Shown here piece after piece: positions 9,354-20,230 of a DNA stretch of 64,000 nt; position 1 is the stretch's first letter; each line of letters starts with the position of its first letter. The notes beneath the pieces are model-generated. The model searched no databases and was not told the origin of the DNA. It saw only the letters and a program-made list of their open reading frames with translations. Source of the stretch: Synechococcus sp. (GTDB lineage Bacteria; Cyanobacteriota; Cyanobacteriia; PCC-6307; Cyanobiaceae); contig JBJBEO010000001.1 of assembly GCA_047284725.1 (NCBI GenBank), forward strand, positions 320,001-384,000, written 5' to 3'. Both the position numbers and the translations under genes were made by a program.

Positions 9354-10121
9354 TCAGCGGCCGACGCTGCGATATGGAACTTTCGCCATGTAGTCCATGT
9401 CGGTATTGCTGTTGGGGGATGCTGCTCGGGCGTTGGCGATGCCGGCCACCCAGCCCATGTAATCCGCCGGTGCTCCACCACGCTTGATCTTGGCGCGGGC
9501 AGGCAGGGCTTTGGCCGTACCCGTGAACACGATTTGGGGGAAGCCGAAGATGCCGCGGTAGTACTCGTCGTAGCGCGGGGTGGCGATGTTGAAAGGCGTC
9601 TCGCCCAGGTCACGGCCAGGAAGGACCCGGTTGCGTTGGTAGGGAACCGTGTCGTAGCCGAAGGCATCGAGGTACTCCTGGCTATCGAGGAGCACATCGA
9701 CCAGGCCCTCGAGGCCCTTGCTGGCGATCACGATGGACCAGGACAGCTCTTCGCCCTTGCCGTTCACCTTGCGGCCGAGGATCCGCTCGCAGAGGTGGCG
9801 GACCACCTTGTAGTTGCTGTTGAAGCCGTAGAAGCTGCGCTTGAAGGTGTCGGACAGCACCAACCCACGGATGAAATCACGCACCGTGATCTGGCCATCA
9901 CGGAGCTGGGACTCGAGATTCACATCCCGATCGGTTTTGAAGGCGTGGAAGAAGATCTGGCGGTAGGCGCTTTCGATCACCGTCTTCAGATTGTCCGCAT
10001 CCATGGCGATCTCCATGGAGTAGGCCCTGGATCCCTCGTCAGAGCCGATGCGGATGTTCGGAACTCCTGTTCTGAGGGAGTTCTGAGTGATCGGCGCGTA
10101 CTTCAGAAGAGGAATGGCCAC
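9354..10121 (-). CDS. cpcG: Phycobilisome rod-core linker polypeptide
   Basis: MAIPLLKYAP start (GTG 10121), AYRQIFFHAF, LESQLRDGQITVRDFIRGL, VPYQRNR. Confidence 0.95.
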   Translation of the reverse strand: MAIPLLKYAPITQNSLRTGVPNIRIGSDEGSRAYSMEIAMDADNLKTVIESAYRQIFFHAFKTDRDVNLESQLRDGQITVRDFIRGLVLSDTFKRSFYGFNSNYKVVRHLCERILGRKVNGKGEELSWSIVIASKGLEGLVDVLLDSQEYLDAFGYDTVPYQRNRVLPGRDLGETPFNIATPRYDEYYRGIFGFPQIVFTGTAKALPARAKIKRGGAPADYMGWVAGIANARAASPNSNTDMDYMAKVPYRSVGR

Positions 10122-10214
10122 GCGAGCTTCAACGCACACTGAGCCGGACTGTAAATCGAGGCTCAGAGTCGTCTCCTGACTTGCCTGAAAAGCGATTACA
10201 GACCGTAATAATTA

Positions 10215-10823
10215 CTACCAGCCCAGTGCTGAGAGCGTTCGCTGCCCGTCTTGCTTGGTGGGCGGCGGTGTTGTGTTCACCTCGGGTTTCTCCTCGCTCG
10301 TCCGGCATTCAACGCAGTAGGATGCGTTGTTGGACAGCCCTTGCACGGTGCTGGAGCGCACCCGAACGTCGTTGTTCACGAAGCTGAAGCGCTCCCAGAC
10401 CGTCATCGTTTCGTAGCTGGTTTCGAGAATCAGACCGTTGGTTGCGTCCATCGTGAACAGGGAGGATGCTGGCGCTTTTTCGGCATACCCCATGGTGCGC
10501 AGGAGCAGGCCGGACCGGCCGTCGTCGCTGGTGGGAATGAGACCAAAGAAGGTTTCCCCGTCGTGACCGTCTTCGCTCTGGTCCCAGGCCATCGATGCGC
10601 TCCAGCGCACGAAGCTGCCACCCACCACCTTGGCGGGGTCTTGACCATGGGTGATGGCCAGCTCCTGGAGGCGGGGATCGGCGCGCTCCAGGTCATCGAC
10701 CACGATCAAAGAGCCTCCGGCCTCGGCCCGACGATGGAGGAGATGATGAACACTGCGCAGCGACCGCCAGCGACCGCAGCTGTGTTGAAAAAAGCTGAGG
10801 GCATCGGGAATGTCGAGGTTCAT
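10215..10823 (-). CDS. cpcS: CpcS/CpeS-family phycobiliprotein lyase
   Basis: FFQHSCGRWRSLRSVHHL, GLLLRTMGYAEK, WERFSF; adjacent to cpcG. Confidence 0.85.
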   Translation of the reverse strand: MNLDIPDALSFFQHSCGRWRSLRSVHHLLHRRAEAGGSLIVVDDLERADPRLQELAITHGQDPAKVVGGSFVRWSASMAWDQSEDGHDGETFFGLIPTSDDGRSGLLLRTMGYAEKAPASSLFTMDATNGLILETSYETMTVWERFSFVNNDVRVRSSTVQGLSNNASYCVECRTSEEKPEVNTTPPPTKQDGQRTLSALGW

Positions 10824-10877
10824 GCGCTGCTCACGGAGAACGCTGGGTTGTGTTGGATGATCGCAGGCCGAAGGGGC

Positions 10878-11261
10878 CTAGGAACTCTGATGCCTGGCCT
10901 TGGCCAGGGCCATCGCTTCATCGATCAGATGGGACAGGGTCAATTCCAGCGGCGTGATGCCGTTGTATTCCGCCAGGGTTTCCAGATGTCTGGCCGCCCC
11001 TTGGAACTGTTGCAGCAAAAGATCCCCGAACTGAGGGTCGTCGCGCAGCTGAGGTTGCTGACTGCACCAGCTGCGTTGCTGGTCAAGGCTTGGAATCGGA
11101 CCGGTGGTTGCAGGCGCTTTCATGGTCTGGAAACTTGCCAGGCAGTGGGCAAGCAGACGCAGGTGGTGGCGCTCCAGGGTGGGCAGCAGTGTGGCATCGA
11201 TTGCCTCAACCATCTCCCTGGTCAGTGGACTTCCGGCGGGAGTGAGATCGGAATCCGTCAT
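10878..11261 (-). CDS. Conserved picocyanobacterial hypothetical protein
   Basis: IDATLLPTLERHHLRLLAHCL; overlaps the sufR stop (ATGA coupling). Confidence 0.75.
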   Translation of the reverse strand: MTDSDLTPAGSPLTREMVEAIDATLLPTLERHHLRLLAHCLASFQTMKAPATTGPIPSLDQQRSWCSQQPQLRDDPQFGDLLLQQFQGAARHLETLAEYNGITPLELTLSHLIDEAMALAKARHQSS

Positions 11262-11896
11262 GACTGAGGAGTGATGCGGAATCCACAGGAGTGGCCTTCC
11301 TTCAGGCGCCAGTGCACCCGCTCCACGCGGCAGTCAGCAAAGGTCTGTCGAATCAGTTCCAGTTCCTGGTCACAGATCACGGGGTATTCCTCAGCAATGC
11401 GTTGTACAGAGCAGTGGAACTCGCTGAGACACCAGCTCTGGCCATCGGCATCCTGCTGCAACTCGGTGATGTAGCCCTCCTGACGTCGGAGTTCCGCCAG
11501 GCGCTCCAAGCGATGCTGCAGTCTGCCTGAGCCAAGCCTTTGTCGGTATCGTCCGGCTTTCTCGGTCGCCTGTTGGCGAAGCAGGGAGCTCATAGCTTCC
11601 GGCGGGAGGGTCGCTGCCATGGAATGCAGCAGGCCGAGGGCGAAATGTTCGCTGCCGTCAGGGAATTGCTGATGGCCCAGATCGGTGAGTCGCCACTGGT
11701 TGCAAGGTCGACCCGGGCCAGCAGTGACTTGTGTGGACTCCACCAGTCCCTCGTCTTCAAGGCTGCGTAAATGACGCCGCATCGCCTGCACGGAAATGCC
11801 CAGCTGTCCTGCAAGCAGCGACGCACTCATCTGACCCTGCCGAAGCAGCAAGGTGAGTGTGCTCTCACGAGTTGGAGCCTGAGCCTGTGCGGCCAT
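11258..11896 (-). CDS. sufR: Fe-S cluster biosynthesis transcriptional repressor
   Basis: N-terminal HTH, GPGRP, EFHC...YPVICDQEL...GHSCGF Cys ligands; divergent from suf operon. Confidence 0.95.
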   Translation of the reverse strand: MAAQAQAPTRESTLTLLLRQGQMSASLLAGQLGISVQAMRRHLRSLEDEGLVESTQVTAGPGRPCNQWRLTDLGHQQFPDGSEHFALGLLHSMAATLPPEAMSSLLRQQATEKAGRYRQRLGSGRLQHRLERLAELRRQEGYITELQQDADGQSWCLSEFHCSVQRIAEEYPVICDQELELIRQTFADCRVERVHWRLKEGHSCGFRITPQS

Positions 11897-12014
11897 GGGT
11901 CGAGGTACGTGTCATCACCTTGCCACGCAATTCGAAGGATTGACGTGATGGGGCAATGGCTCGCGTCGCATGGACCGGCAACCGGCGACGGCAGGGTTCG
12001 TGCCCTAGGCTCGA

Positions 12015-12040
12015 AATACGAAACAGGTTGGTTTCGTATT
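12015..12040. promoter_or_regulatory. Probable SufR operator
   Basis: Perfect 10-6-10 inverted repeat aatacgaaac-aggttg-gtttcgtatt between sufR and ftrC-sufB; core resembles the CAAC-N6-GTTG SufR site. Confidence 0.7.
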
Positions 12041-12104
12041 CCTTTTCCTCGAAGTCTGCGGGCCTGCGGCCAGTCTCCGTAGGCCGCTCCCACCACCTCT
12101 GACC

Positions 12105-12464
12105 ATGTCTGACACGCCCGCCGGCAACGCTGAGCCAACTGCAGAGAGCCTTGAGGTGATCCGCAAATTCGCTCAGACCTACGCACAGCGCACCGGTACC
12201 TACTTCTGCAGTGATCCAGGCGTGACGGCAGTGGTGCTGAAGGGTTTGGCTCGACATAAGGATGAATTGGGCGGTGCTCTCTGCCCTTGTCGCCACTACG
12301 AGGACAAGGAGGCAGAGGTGTCTCAGGCCTTCTGGAACTGCCCCTGTGTGCCGATGCGTGAGCGCAAGGAATGCCACTGCATGCTGTTCCTGACTGAGGA
12401 CAACGCCTTCCGTGGTGATGCGCAGACCATCACCACTGAGGAAATCCACGCCGCCGCGGGCTGA
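12105..12464 (+). CDS. ftrC: Ferredoxin-thioredoxin reductase catalytic subunit
   Basis: [25 protein letters not shown]. Confidence 0.97.
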   Translation: MSDTPAGNAEPTAESLEVIRKFAQTYAQRTGTYFCSDPGVTAVVLKGLARHKDELGGALCPCRHYEDKEAEVSQAFWNCPCVPMRERKECHCMLFLTEDNAFRGDAQTITTEEIHAAAG

Positions 12465-12469
12465 CTTCG

Positions 12470-13912
12470 ATGACCTCCAGTGCCTCAACGCGTGATCTTG
12501 TTGGTCAGCCGTACAAGTACGGATTTGTCACCGACATTGAGACCGAAAAGATCGGCAAGGGTCTCAGTGAAGATGTTGTGCGACTGATCTCCTCGAAAAA
12601 GGAGGAGCCTCAGTTTCTGCTCGATTATCGTTTGCGCGCCTATCGGCACTGGCTCACCCTTGAAGAGCCTGATTGGGCTGCATTGGGTTATACCGCGATT
12701 GATTATCAGGACATCATCTATTACGCGGCCCCTAAGCAGCAGGAGAAAAAGGCGAGTCTCGACGAAGTGGATCCCAAGCTGCTGGAGACCTTTGACAAGC
12801 TCGGGATTCCTCTCAGTGAACAGAAGCGTTTAAGCAACGTCGCGGTTGATGCTGTTTTCGACAGCGTTTCAATTGCCACCACGTATCGAGAGAAGCTTGC
12901 TGAGCATGGTGTGATTTTCTGCTCGATCAGTGAGGCGGTCAAGGAGTATCCGGAACTGATCGAGCGTTATCTCGGCACGGTTGTGCCGAGTAACGATAAT
13001 TATTTCACCGCACTGAATTCAGCTGTCTTCAGTGACGGCTCCTTTGTCTTCATACCAAAAGGCGTGGAATGCCCGATGGAATTGTCGACTTATTTCCGTA
13101 TCAATTCCGGTGACACTGGACAGTTTGAGCGCACCTTGATTGTTGCCGAGGAAGGTGCATCCGTTAGCTACCTCGAGGGATGCACGGCGCCGATGTTTGA
13201 CACGAACCAGCTTCATGCTGCTGTGGTTGAGCTTGTCGCTCTTGATGACGCTTCGATCAAATATTCCACTGTTCAGAATTGGTATGCCGGTGACGAAAAT
13301 GGTGTCGGGGGTATATACAACTTTGTGACTAAGCGCGGCCACTGTCGTGGAGCGCGCAGTCGCATCAGCTGGACGCAGGTGGAAACAGGTTCTGCGATTA
13401 CCTGGAAATACCCCAGTTGTGTTCTGCAAGGCGCTGACTCGGTTGGTGAGTTTTATTCCGTTGCCCTCACGAATAATTGTCAGCAGGCTGACACCGGCAC
13501 GAAAATGATCCACGTCGGCCCCCGCACGCGCTCAACGATTGTGAGTAAGGGCATCAGTGCAGGGCGCTCTAGTAACAGTTATCGAGGGCTCGTTCAGATC
13601 GGATCGGCCGCAAAGGGAGCGCGAAATTACAGCCAGTGTGATTCGATGCTGATTGGTGATGAAGCAACGGCAAACACGTACCCCTACATCCGTTCACAGC
13701 AGCCCCAGGCCGCTGTGGAGCATGAGGCCAGCACCTGTCGGATTTCCGAAGACCAGCTGTTTTATCTCCAGAGTCGTGGCATTGGCTTTGAAGAGGCTGT
13801 TTCGATGATGGTGAGTGGTTTTTGTCGGGACGTGTTCAATCAGCTGCCGATGGAATTTGCTGCTGAGGCCGACAAACTGCTTGCCCTCAAGCTTGAGGGA
13901 TCCGTGGGTTAG
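12470..13912 (+). CDS. sufB: Fe-S cluster assembly protein SufB
   Basis: [37 protein letters not shown]. Confidence 0.98.
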   Translation: MTSSASTRDLVGQPYKYGFVTDIETEKIGKGLSEDVVRLISSKKEEPQFLLDYRLRAYRHWLTLEEPDWAALGYTAIDYQDIIYYAAPKQQEKKASLDEVDPKLLETFDKLGIPLSEQKRLSNVAVDAVFDSVSIATTYREKLAEHGVIFCSISEAVKEYPELIERYLGTVVPSNDNYFTALNSAVFSDGSFVFIPKGVECPMELSTYFRINSGDTGQFERTLIVAEEGASVSYLEGCTAPMFDTNQLHAAVVELVALDDASIKYSTVQNWYAGDENGVGGIYNFVTKRGHCRGARSRISWTQVETGSAITWKYPSCVLQGADSVGEFYSVALTNNCQQADTGTKMIHVGPRTRSTIVSKGISAGRSSNSYRGLVQIGSAAKGARNYSQCDSMLIGDEATANTYPYIRSQQPQAAVEHEASTCRISEDQLFYLQSRGIGFEEAVSMMVSGFCRDVFNQLPMEFAAEADKLLALKLEGSVG

Positions 13913-13989
13913 TTCATCGTCTCTCAGCGAGCGCTTGTGGTCTCGCTCCACCCGTTGTCGATCCCGTCCCTTTACATCCGCTTCTCCCT

Positions 13990-14784
13990 GTGATCCGCCC
14001 AGACGCTGAGCTGCTGCTTGACATCAACGATTTGCATGCATCCGTGGATGATCAGCCCATTCTCAAGGGGGTCAACCTCCAGGTGCGTGCTGGTGAAATT
14101 CATGCCGTGATGGGTCGTAATGGCAGCGGTAAAAGCACACTGTCCAAGGTGTTGGCGGGCCATCCCGCCTATCGCGTCACCGGCGGCACCGTTCGCTATC
14201 GCGGTGACGATCTTCTGACACTTGAACCGGAGGAACGGTCTCGGCTGGGGGTGTTTCTCGGTTTCCAGTACCCCGTGGAAATTCCAGGCGTAAGCAATCT
14301 GGAGTTCCTTCGTGTCTCCAGTAATGCCCGCCGTGTCAAGCAGGGTCTCGAGGAGCTCGACACCTTTGATTTCGAAGATCACGTGCGTGAGCGCCTCAGC
14401 GTTGTGCAGATGGATCCGGCTTTCCTCGAGCGCAGCGTGAATGAGGGCTTCTCCGGTGGTGAGAAAAAACGCAATGAAATCCTTCAGATGGCCCTGTTGG
14501 AGCCTGTGGTTTCCATCCTGGATGAGACCGACTCGGGCCTGGATATCGATGCCCTGCGCATTGTGGCTGGCGGGGTGAATCAGTTGGCCAAGGCCGACAA
14601 CGCGACCCTGCTTATCACCCACTATCAGCGGCTGCTCGATGAGATCACGCCTGATTACGTGCATGTGATGGCGGCCGGTCGGATCCTGCGCACCGGTGGT
14701 CGTGAACTCGCTCTTGAGCTGGAGAAAACCGGCTACGACTGGGTTGATCAGGAGCTGGCCGCGACGGGTCAGGGAGTGGCCTGA
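13990..14784 (+). CDS. sufC: Fe-S cluster assembly ATPase SufC
   Basis: [33 protein letters not shown]. Confidence 0.98.
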   Translation: MIRPDAELLLDINDLHASVDDQPILKGVNLQVRAGEIHAVMGRNGSGKSTLSKVLAGHPAYRVTGGTVRYRGDDLLTLEPEERSRLGVFLGFQYPVEIPGVSNLEFLRVSSNARRVKQGLEELDTFDFEDHVRERLSVVQMDPAFLERSVNEGFSGGEKKRNEILQMALLEPVVSILDETDSGLDIDALRIVAGGVNQLAKADNATLLITHYQRLLDEITPDYVHVMAAGRILRTGGRELALELEKTGYDWVDQELAATGQGVA

Positions 14785-14786
14785 CC

Positions 14787-16040
14787 ATGGTTGCCGCTCC
14801 CGACACCGTGGCGACCGATTGGTTGACCAAGCTCCCGGCCCCCTCCGGACTGCTGCAACCTGTGCAACAGCGTGGTCGAGAGGCCCTGAGCAGGGTTGGC
14901 CTGCCCACCCGCCGCCAGGAGGACTGGCGCCTCACCGATCTCGGCCGGCTTCTTGATTTGCTGGCGCTGCCTCTCGGTTGTGGCCATTCCCGACAATCCC
15001 ATCAATCCACTGGAATCGATGTTCCTGACGCTCCAGCGGGTGGTTGGCGTTTACGGCTGGATGGGATGTCGGATCCTCTGGATGGGGTGTCTTTGCCAGA
15101 GGGGGTCAGCGTTCTGGATGGGGCTGAGCTCCAGCAGGCAGTGGGTCACACCCTGGAGCGGTGTGGTTGTGCCACGGCCTGGCCGGTGGAGTTCAACCAT
15201 GCCCTGACCACTCAGGTGCTGGCTCTGCGGGTTCGGGGTGCTGTTCCCCCCTTGGAGTTGCTTGTCGATGCGGCGGCCGATTGCGTGGTGCCGACTCGGC
15301 TGTTGCTGGTGGTGGAAGAAAAGGCTCAGCTGGAGATCCTTGAGGTGCTTCAGGCTCCGGGGAAGGCAGCCCACAGCCATCTGCTGGAAATGCATCTGGG
15401 ACAGGAGGCGCAAGTGCGCCACGGCGTTGTGGCCGCTGGATCGGGGCGTTCGTCGTTGCTGGCTCACCTGGCGGTCGAGCAGGAGCCCCGCAGTACCTAT
15501 GAGCTCACCACCGTGTCGTGGGGCTGGGCGTTTGGTCGGCTTGAGCCCCGTGTGGTGCAGGTTGATGGACGGGCAGCGACCGTGCTGAAGGGATTGGTGG
15601 TCACCAATCAGGACCAGCAGTTCGCGACCCATACGGCCATGCGCTTCGAAGGGGAGGAAGGGCAGCTGGATCAGTTGCAGAAGGCCGTCGCCGGTGGCGG
15701 CTCCCATGCCATCTTCAACGGCGCCGTGCAGGTGCCCAGGGCAGCGCAGCGCACTGATGCGGCTCAGCTGAGTCGCAACCTTCTGCTGTCGGACAAGGCC
15801 AGGATTGACACCAAGCCTGAGCTTGAGATCGTGGCCGACGATGTGCGTTGCGCCCATGGCGCCACCGTGACGCAGCTCCAGGAAGACGAGCTGTTTTACC
15901 TGCGCAGCCGTGGTATTTCGGCTGCCCGCGCAGCCTCCCTGTTGCTCCGGGGATACTGCCAAGAGGTGGTGGATCTGTTGCCGTCCATGGCGCAGCGATG
16001 GCCTGTGATCGCGCAGGTTCTGAAGGGTTTTGAGGTATGA
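14787..16040 (+). CDS. sufD: Fe-S cluster assembly protein SufD
   Basis: LPTRRQEDWRLT, KPELEIVADDVRCAHGAT, LFYLRSRG. Confidence 0.96.
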   Translation: MVAAPDTVATDWLTKLPAPSGLLQPVQQRGREALSRVGLPTRRQEDWRLTDLGRLLDLLALPLGCGHSRQSHQSTGIDVPDAPAGGWRLRLDGMSDPLDGVSLPEGVSVLDGAELQQAVGHTLERCGCATAWPVEFNHALTTQVLALRVRGAVPPLELLVDAAADCVVPTRLLLVVEEKAQLEILEVLQAPGKAAHSHLLEMHLGQEAQVRHGVVAAGSGRSSLLAHLAVEQEPRSTYELTTVSWGWAFGRLEPRVVQVDGRAATVLKGLVVTNQDQQFATHTAMRFEGEEGQLDQLQKAVAGGGSHAIFNGAVQVPRAAQRTDAAQLSRNLLLSDKARIDTKPELEIVADDVRCAHGATVTQLQEDELFYLRSRGISAARAASLLLRGYCQEVVDLLPSMAQRWPVIAQVLKGFEV

Positions 16041-17308
16041 CGATGGCACTGGACCCTGGTGTTGGCCTGACAATGGCCGATCGCACGCGGGCTGATTTCC
16101 CGATCCTGTCGCAGCTCTCATCGTCGGGACAGCCTCTGATCTATCTGGATCATGCGGCGACGAGCCAGAAGCCTGAGGCCGTGGTGCAGGCCCTGCGGAC
16201 TTACTACTGCCAGGACAACGCCAATGTTCACCGCGGCGCGCATCAACTCAGTGCCCGTGCCACGGATGCCTTCGAAGGGGCCAGGGTGATCACGGCCGAA
16301 TTTGTGTCTGCCTCCAGTCCTCGTGAGATTGTTTTCACCCGCAACGCCAGTGAAGCGATCAACCTGGTGGCTCGCACCTGGGGTGATTCCGAGCTGAAGC
16401 AGGGTGATGAGGTGCTGCTCACCGTGATGGAGCACCACAGCAACCTGGTGCCTTGGCAGCAGTTGTCCCAGCGCACCGATTGTGTGTTGCGTCATGTGCG
16501 GGTCACGGAGCAGGGCAGCCTTGATCTGGAGGATCTGCGCAGCAAGCTCAATGCCCGCACTCGCTTGGTGAGCCTGGTGCATATCAGCAACACGCTCGGG
16601 TGTTGCAATCCTGTTGAGGAGGTGGTGTCGCTGGCCTCGACCGTTGGTGCTCGGGTGCTTCTTGATGCCTGTCAGAGCCTGGCTCATCAACCGGTCGACG
16701 TGCGCCGGCTCGGGGTGGATTTTCTTGTCGGCTCATCCCATAAGCTTTGTGGACCTACCGGGATGGGATTCCTCTGGGCCCGCGAGGAGTTGCTGGAGGC
16801 GATGCCCCCCTTCCTGGGTGGTGGCGAAATGATCCAAGACGTGTTCTTGGATCACAGCACCTGGGCCGAGCTTCCCCATAAATTCGAGGCCGGCACCCCC
16901 GCCATCGGCGAGGCGATCGGGATGGGTGCCGCCATTCGCTATCTCCAGGCGTTGGGACTGACGTCGATCCAGGAGTGGGAGGCGCAGCTCACCCGCCATC
17001 TGTTCTCGCGCCTGCAGGCGATCGAGGGCGTGCGCATCCTGGGCCCCACCCCCGACCAGCAGTCAGGTCGCGGCGCTCTGGCCACGTTCCTTGTGGATGG
17101 GCTTCATGCCAATGATCTCGCCGCGATGCTCGACCTCAGTGGCATCTGCATCCGCAGTGGTCACCACTGTTGCCAGCCCTTGCATCGCCACTACGGCGTC
17201 AGTTCTTCAGCGCGGGCAAGCCTCAGCTTCACGACGACGTTCGACGAAATCGATCGTTTTGCCGATGAACTGCAATCGACCATCCGTTTCCTCAAGGCGC
17301 ACGCCTGA
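16037..17308 (+). CDS. sufS: Cysteine desulfurase
   Basis: YLDHAATSQKP, SSHKLCGPTG, IRSGHHCCQP. Confidence 0.97.
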   Translation: MTMALDPGVGLTMADRTRADFPILSQLSSSGQPLIYLDHAATSQKPEAVVQALRTYYCQDNANVHRGAHQLSARATDAFEGARVITAEFVSASSPREIVFTRNASEAINLVARTWGDSELKQGDEVLLTVMEHHSNLVPWQQLSQRTDCVLRHVRVTEQGSLDLEDLRSKLNARTRLVSLVHISNTLGCCNPVEEVVSLASTVGARVLLDACQSLAHQPVDVRRLGVDFLVGSSHKLCGPTGMGFLWAREELLEAMPPFLGGGEMIQDVFLDHSTWAELPHKFEAGTPAIGEAIGMGAAIRYLQALGLTSIQEWEAQLTRHLFSRLQAIEGVRILGPTPDQQSGRGALATFLVDGLHANDLAAMLDLSGICIRSGHHCCQPLHRHYGVSSSARASLSFTTTFDEIDRFADELQSTIRFLKAHA

Positions 17309-17363
17309 AACGGGTGGTCGATTGCAGCGTTGGATCGGGTTCGCTCGCCAGTCCGGAGTCAAC

Positions 17364-18410
17364 TCACTCACGAATCTCGATGTGCCGCGTTGGACGATTG
17401 CGTTGAAGGCGACCGCGCTGACTGTTCAGGACCGCGGGGAGATCGTCCCAGCGCACCGCCTCGTAGGTGTCAACGGCATAGGTGGTTTCGTGCAAAGAGC
17501 CGGTGCTCCAGTTGATATCGAGGCTTGTGTAGGTCTGTTTGCGGGGGATGGTTCCCTGGAGCAGTGAACGCGGGCCACTGCCGAGGGCCCCGAGATGAAT
17601 CAGGTCGAGTTGGCCCTGGCGCGCTGGATACCAGGCGTGCTGATGTCCACTGATGTAGGCCTGCACCCCTCCCTCTTGCAGCAAGGCTTGGATCGCTTCG
17701 GCCTGTTGGAGCCTTTCTCCAGGTCGATCCCGCCCCTGGCTGATGCCGAAGAGTGGCAAATGACCCACCACCATGCGCATTCGAGCCTTCTGAGCGACGC
17801 GGCTGTTCAGTTGCCGGCGGGCCCAGTGGAGTTGTTCGGCCGGGATCCGGCTTGAACTGGCATCCCAGACCAGCCAGAACACATGGTCCTGCAGAACGCT
17901 GTAGTGAAAAGGGAAGTCGGCGTGATCGACAAAGTTGAGCCCGAGGACTTCACGCCGCTGTGACCAGAAACGCCTTGCGGCAGATCGGTCGGCTGCGAAG
18001 CCAGGAGCGCCGTCGTGGTTGCCGATGGCCACCAGCAACGGAACCCTGGCCTGACGGATCGGGTGGAGCACCGTGCGGGCAAAGCTATCCCACATCGCAT
18101 CCAGTCGGCTGCTGCTCAGCCCGTGTTTCTGTCCGGCGACCATGTCACCGGCGCAGACCAGAAGAGCTGGGTCCAGCTTCAGCAGTTGCTGCAAGCCCTG
18201 GTTGACCTGGGGGACGTAGCGGGTGGAGCCGTAACTGCTGTTGAGGTCGCTGATCAGGCCGATCCGCATTGCATGGTTTTGCGGATCGGCCTGATCAGCT
18301 TCAGCTCCCGGACGGTGCGCGGCACGTGTTCTTGCGCGCCACGACGCGGTTGCCATGAGGCTCAGTCCACCGGCAGCCAGGCTGAGAAGCTGTCGGCGAT
18401 CGCAGCGCAT
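17364..18410 (-). CDS. Calcineurin-like metallophosphoesterase with Tat-like signal
   Basis: DRRQLL signal, ISDLN, GDMV, GNHD, GHQH; start chosen at ATG 18410. Confidence 0.85.
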   Translation of the reverse strand: MRCDRRQLLSLAAGGLSLMATASWRARTRAAHRPGAEADQADPQNHAMRIGLISDLNSSYGSTRYVPQVNQGLQQLLKLDPALLVCAGDMVAGQKHGLSSSRLDAMWDSFARTVLHPIRQARVPLLVAIGNHDGAPGFAADRSAARRFWSQRREVLGLNFVDHADFPFHYSVLQDHVFWLVWDASSSRIPAEQLHWARRQLNSRVAQKARMRMVVGHLPLFGISQGRDRPGERLQQAEAIQALLQEGGVQAYISGHQHAWYPARQGQLDLIHLGALGSGPRSLLQGTIPRKQTYTSLDINWSTGSLHETTYAVDTYEAVRWDDLPAVLNSQRGRLQRNRPTRHIEIRE

Positions 18411-18462
18411 TGGGGGTTCCATCGAGGTGCAGCATGGATGATTCCTCGCTGATCTGCAGCTC

Positions 18463-19575
18463 ATGAAGATTGATGGCCAGGCCTGGCGCACGATCTGGCT
18501 CGAGCCTGACGGTCGCTCGGTGGGCGTGATTGACCAGACCTTGCTGCCCCATAGCTTTGCGACGCGAACCCTGCGCAGCTGTGATGAGGCCGCTGAGGCC
18601 ATTCGCTCCATGGTGGTGCGTGGTGCACCGCTGATCGGAGTCACCGGCGCCTATGGCCTGATGCTGGCGTTGCAGCACGACCCATCGGACGCAGCCCTGG
18701 CGCACAGCGTTGAACAGTTGAACGCCACGCGCCCCACAGCGGTGAATCTGCGCTGGGCGCTGGAGCGGGTGCGCGATGTGGTCCAGTCGTTGCCGCCCGA
18801 ACAGCGGGCCGCGGCGGCCCGAGAGGAAGCGGCACGGATCGCTGATGAGGATGTGGCCATGTGCGCGGCCATCGGTGATCACGGCCTCAGGTTGTTTCAG
18901 CAGTTGGCCGCCGCCAGGAAGGTGGAGCGGCAGGGACAGCCGTTCAATGTGCTCACCCATTGCAATGCCGGTTGGCTGGCCACGGTTGACTGGGGCACAG
19001 CCTTGGCACCGATCTACAAGGCATACCGTGCCGGGATGAACCTGCATGTCTGGGTGGACGAAACCCGTCCGCGCAATCAGGGCGCTTCGCTGACCGCCTT
19101 TGAGCTCGGGCGAGAAGGGATTCCCCACACGGTGATCGTCGATAACGCCGGAGGTCATTTGATGCAGCACGGCCAGGTGGATGCGGTGATCGTGGGCACC
19201 GATCGCACCACCCGTTGTGGCGACGTGTGCAACAAGATCGGCACCTATCTCAAAGCTCTCGCCGCCTACGACAACCAGGTGCCGTTTTACGTGGCCTTGC
19301 CAGCTTCCACGATCGATTGGTCGATCGATGACGGCGTGGCCGAGATCCCGATCGAAGCCCGCACCGCGGCTGAGGTGACCCGCATCCAGGGACGGTTGCA
19401 GGACGGCGCATCCGTGGGTGCGTTGGCCAGCGTGCAGCTCACGCCCGATGGCAGTGAGGGCTTCAATCCAGCCTTTGATGTCACCCCCGCGCGCTTGGTC
19501 ACGGCCCTGATCACTGAACGGGGTGTGGCTGAGGCCAGTGAGCTGGGACTGCGGGGGCTTTATGCCGATGTCTGA
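18463..19575 (+). CDS. mtnA: Methylthioribose-1-phosphate isomerase
   Basis: MVVRGAPLIG, RPTAVNL, THCNAGWLAT, DETRPRNQG, NKIGTY, NPAFDVTP. Confidence 0.96.
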   Translation: MKIDGQAWRTIWLEPDGRSVGVIDQTLLPHSFATRTLRSCDEAAEAIRSMVVRGAPLIGVTGAYGLMLALQHDPSDAALAHSVEQLNATRPTAVNLRWALERVRDVVQSLPPEQRAAAAREEAARIADEDVAMCAAIGDHGLRLFQQLAAARKVERQGQPFNVLTHCNAGWLATVDWGTALAPIYKAYRAGMNLHVWVDETRPRNQGASLTAFELGREGIPHTVIVDNAGGHLMQHGQVDAVIVGTDRTTRCGDVCNKIGTYLKALAAYDNQVPFYVALPASTIDWSIDDGVAEIPIEARTAAEVTRIQGRLQDGASVGALASVQLTPDGSEGFNPAFDVTPARLVTALITERGVAEASELGLRGLYADV

Positions 19576-20230
19576 GCAGGGTCTGAGGGAGGAGCTGGTG
19601 ACGGTCGCCCGTCAACTCAATACCAGTGGACTGAACCAGGGGACGTCCGGGAACCTTTCGGTCCGCATTCCTGGGGGAGTGTTGATCACCCCGAGCTCGC
19701 TGTCCTATGAGCAGATGCAGCCTGCGGATCTGGTGGCCCTTGATCTGCAGGGACGGCCCCTGCAGGACAACGGCCGCCGCCCGTCCTCGGAATGGCGTCT
19801 GCACGTGGATGTGCTGGCTGCCCGCGCCGATGTGCAAGTGGTCCTCCACTGCCATCCCATCCATGGCACGGCCCTCGCCTGCCACGACCGCGGCATTCCG
19901 CCCTTTCACTACATGACGGCCGTTGCGGGGGGTGATGACATTCGCTGTGCGCCCTACGCCACCTTCGGAACAAGGGAGCTGTCGGCGTTGGCGGTGGAAG
20001 CCCTGGAGGAGCGTCAGGCCTGTCTGCTGGCACGCCATGGTTTGGTGAGTCTGGGGACGACCCTTGACCAAGCGCTTCGCCTCGCTGTGGAGGTGGAGAC
20101 GCTGGCACGCATGTATCTGCAGGCGCTGCAGCTGGGGGAGCCACCCCTGCTCAGCCCTGAGCAGATGCACGCCGTGCATGCCCAGTTCCATGGACTGCAT
20201 TACGGCCAGCCTGATCAGAGCCCCAGGTGA
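19568..20230 (+). CDS. Class II aldolase (FucA/Ald2-like)
   Basis: GTSGNLS, PSSEWRLH, HCHP, PYATFGT, LLARHG; overlaps mtnA stop. Confidence 0.9.
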   Translation: MSEQGLREELVTVARQLNTSGLNQGTSGNLSVRIPGGVLITPSSLSYEQMQPADLVALDLQGRPLQDNGRRPSSEWRLHVDVLAARADVQVVLHCHPIHGTALACHDRGIPPFHYMTAVAGGDDIRCAPYATFGTRELSALAVEALEERQACLLARHGLVSLGTTLDQALRLAVEVETLARMYLQALQLGEPPLLSPEQMHAVHAQFHGLHYGQPDQSPR

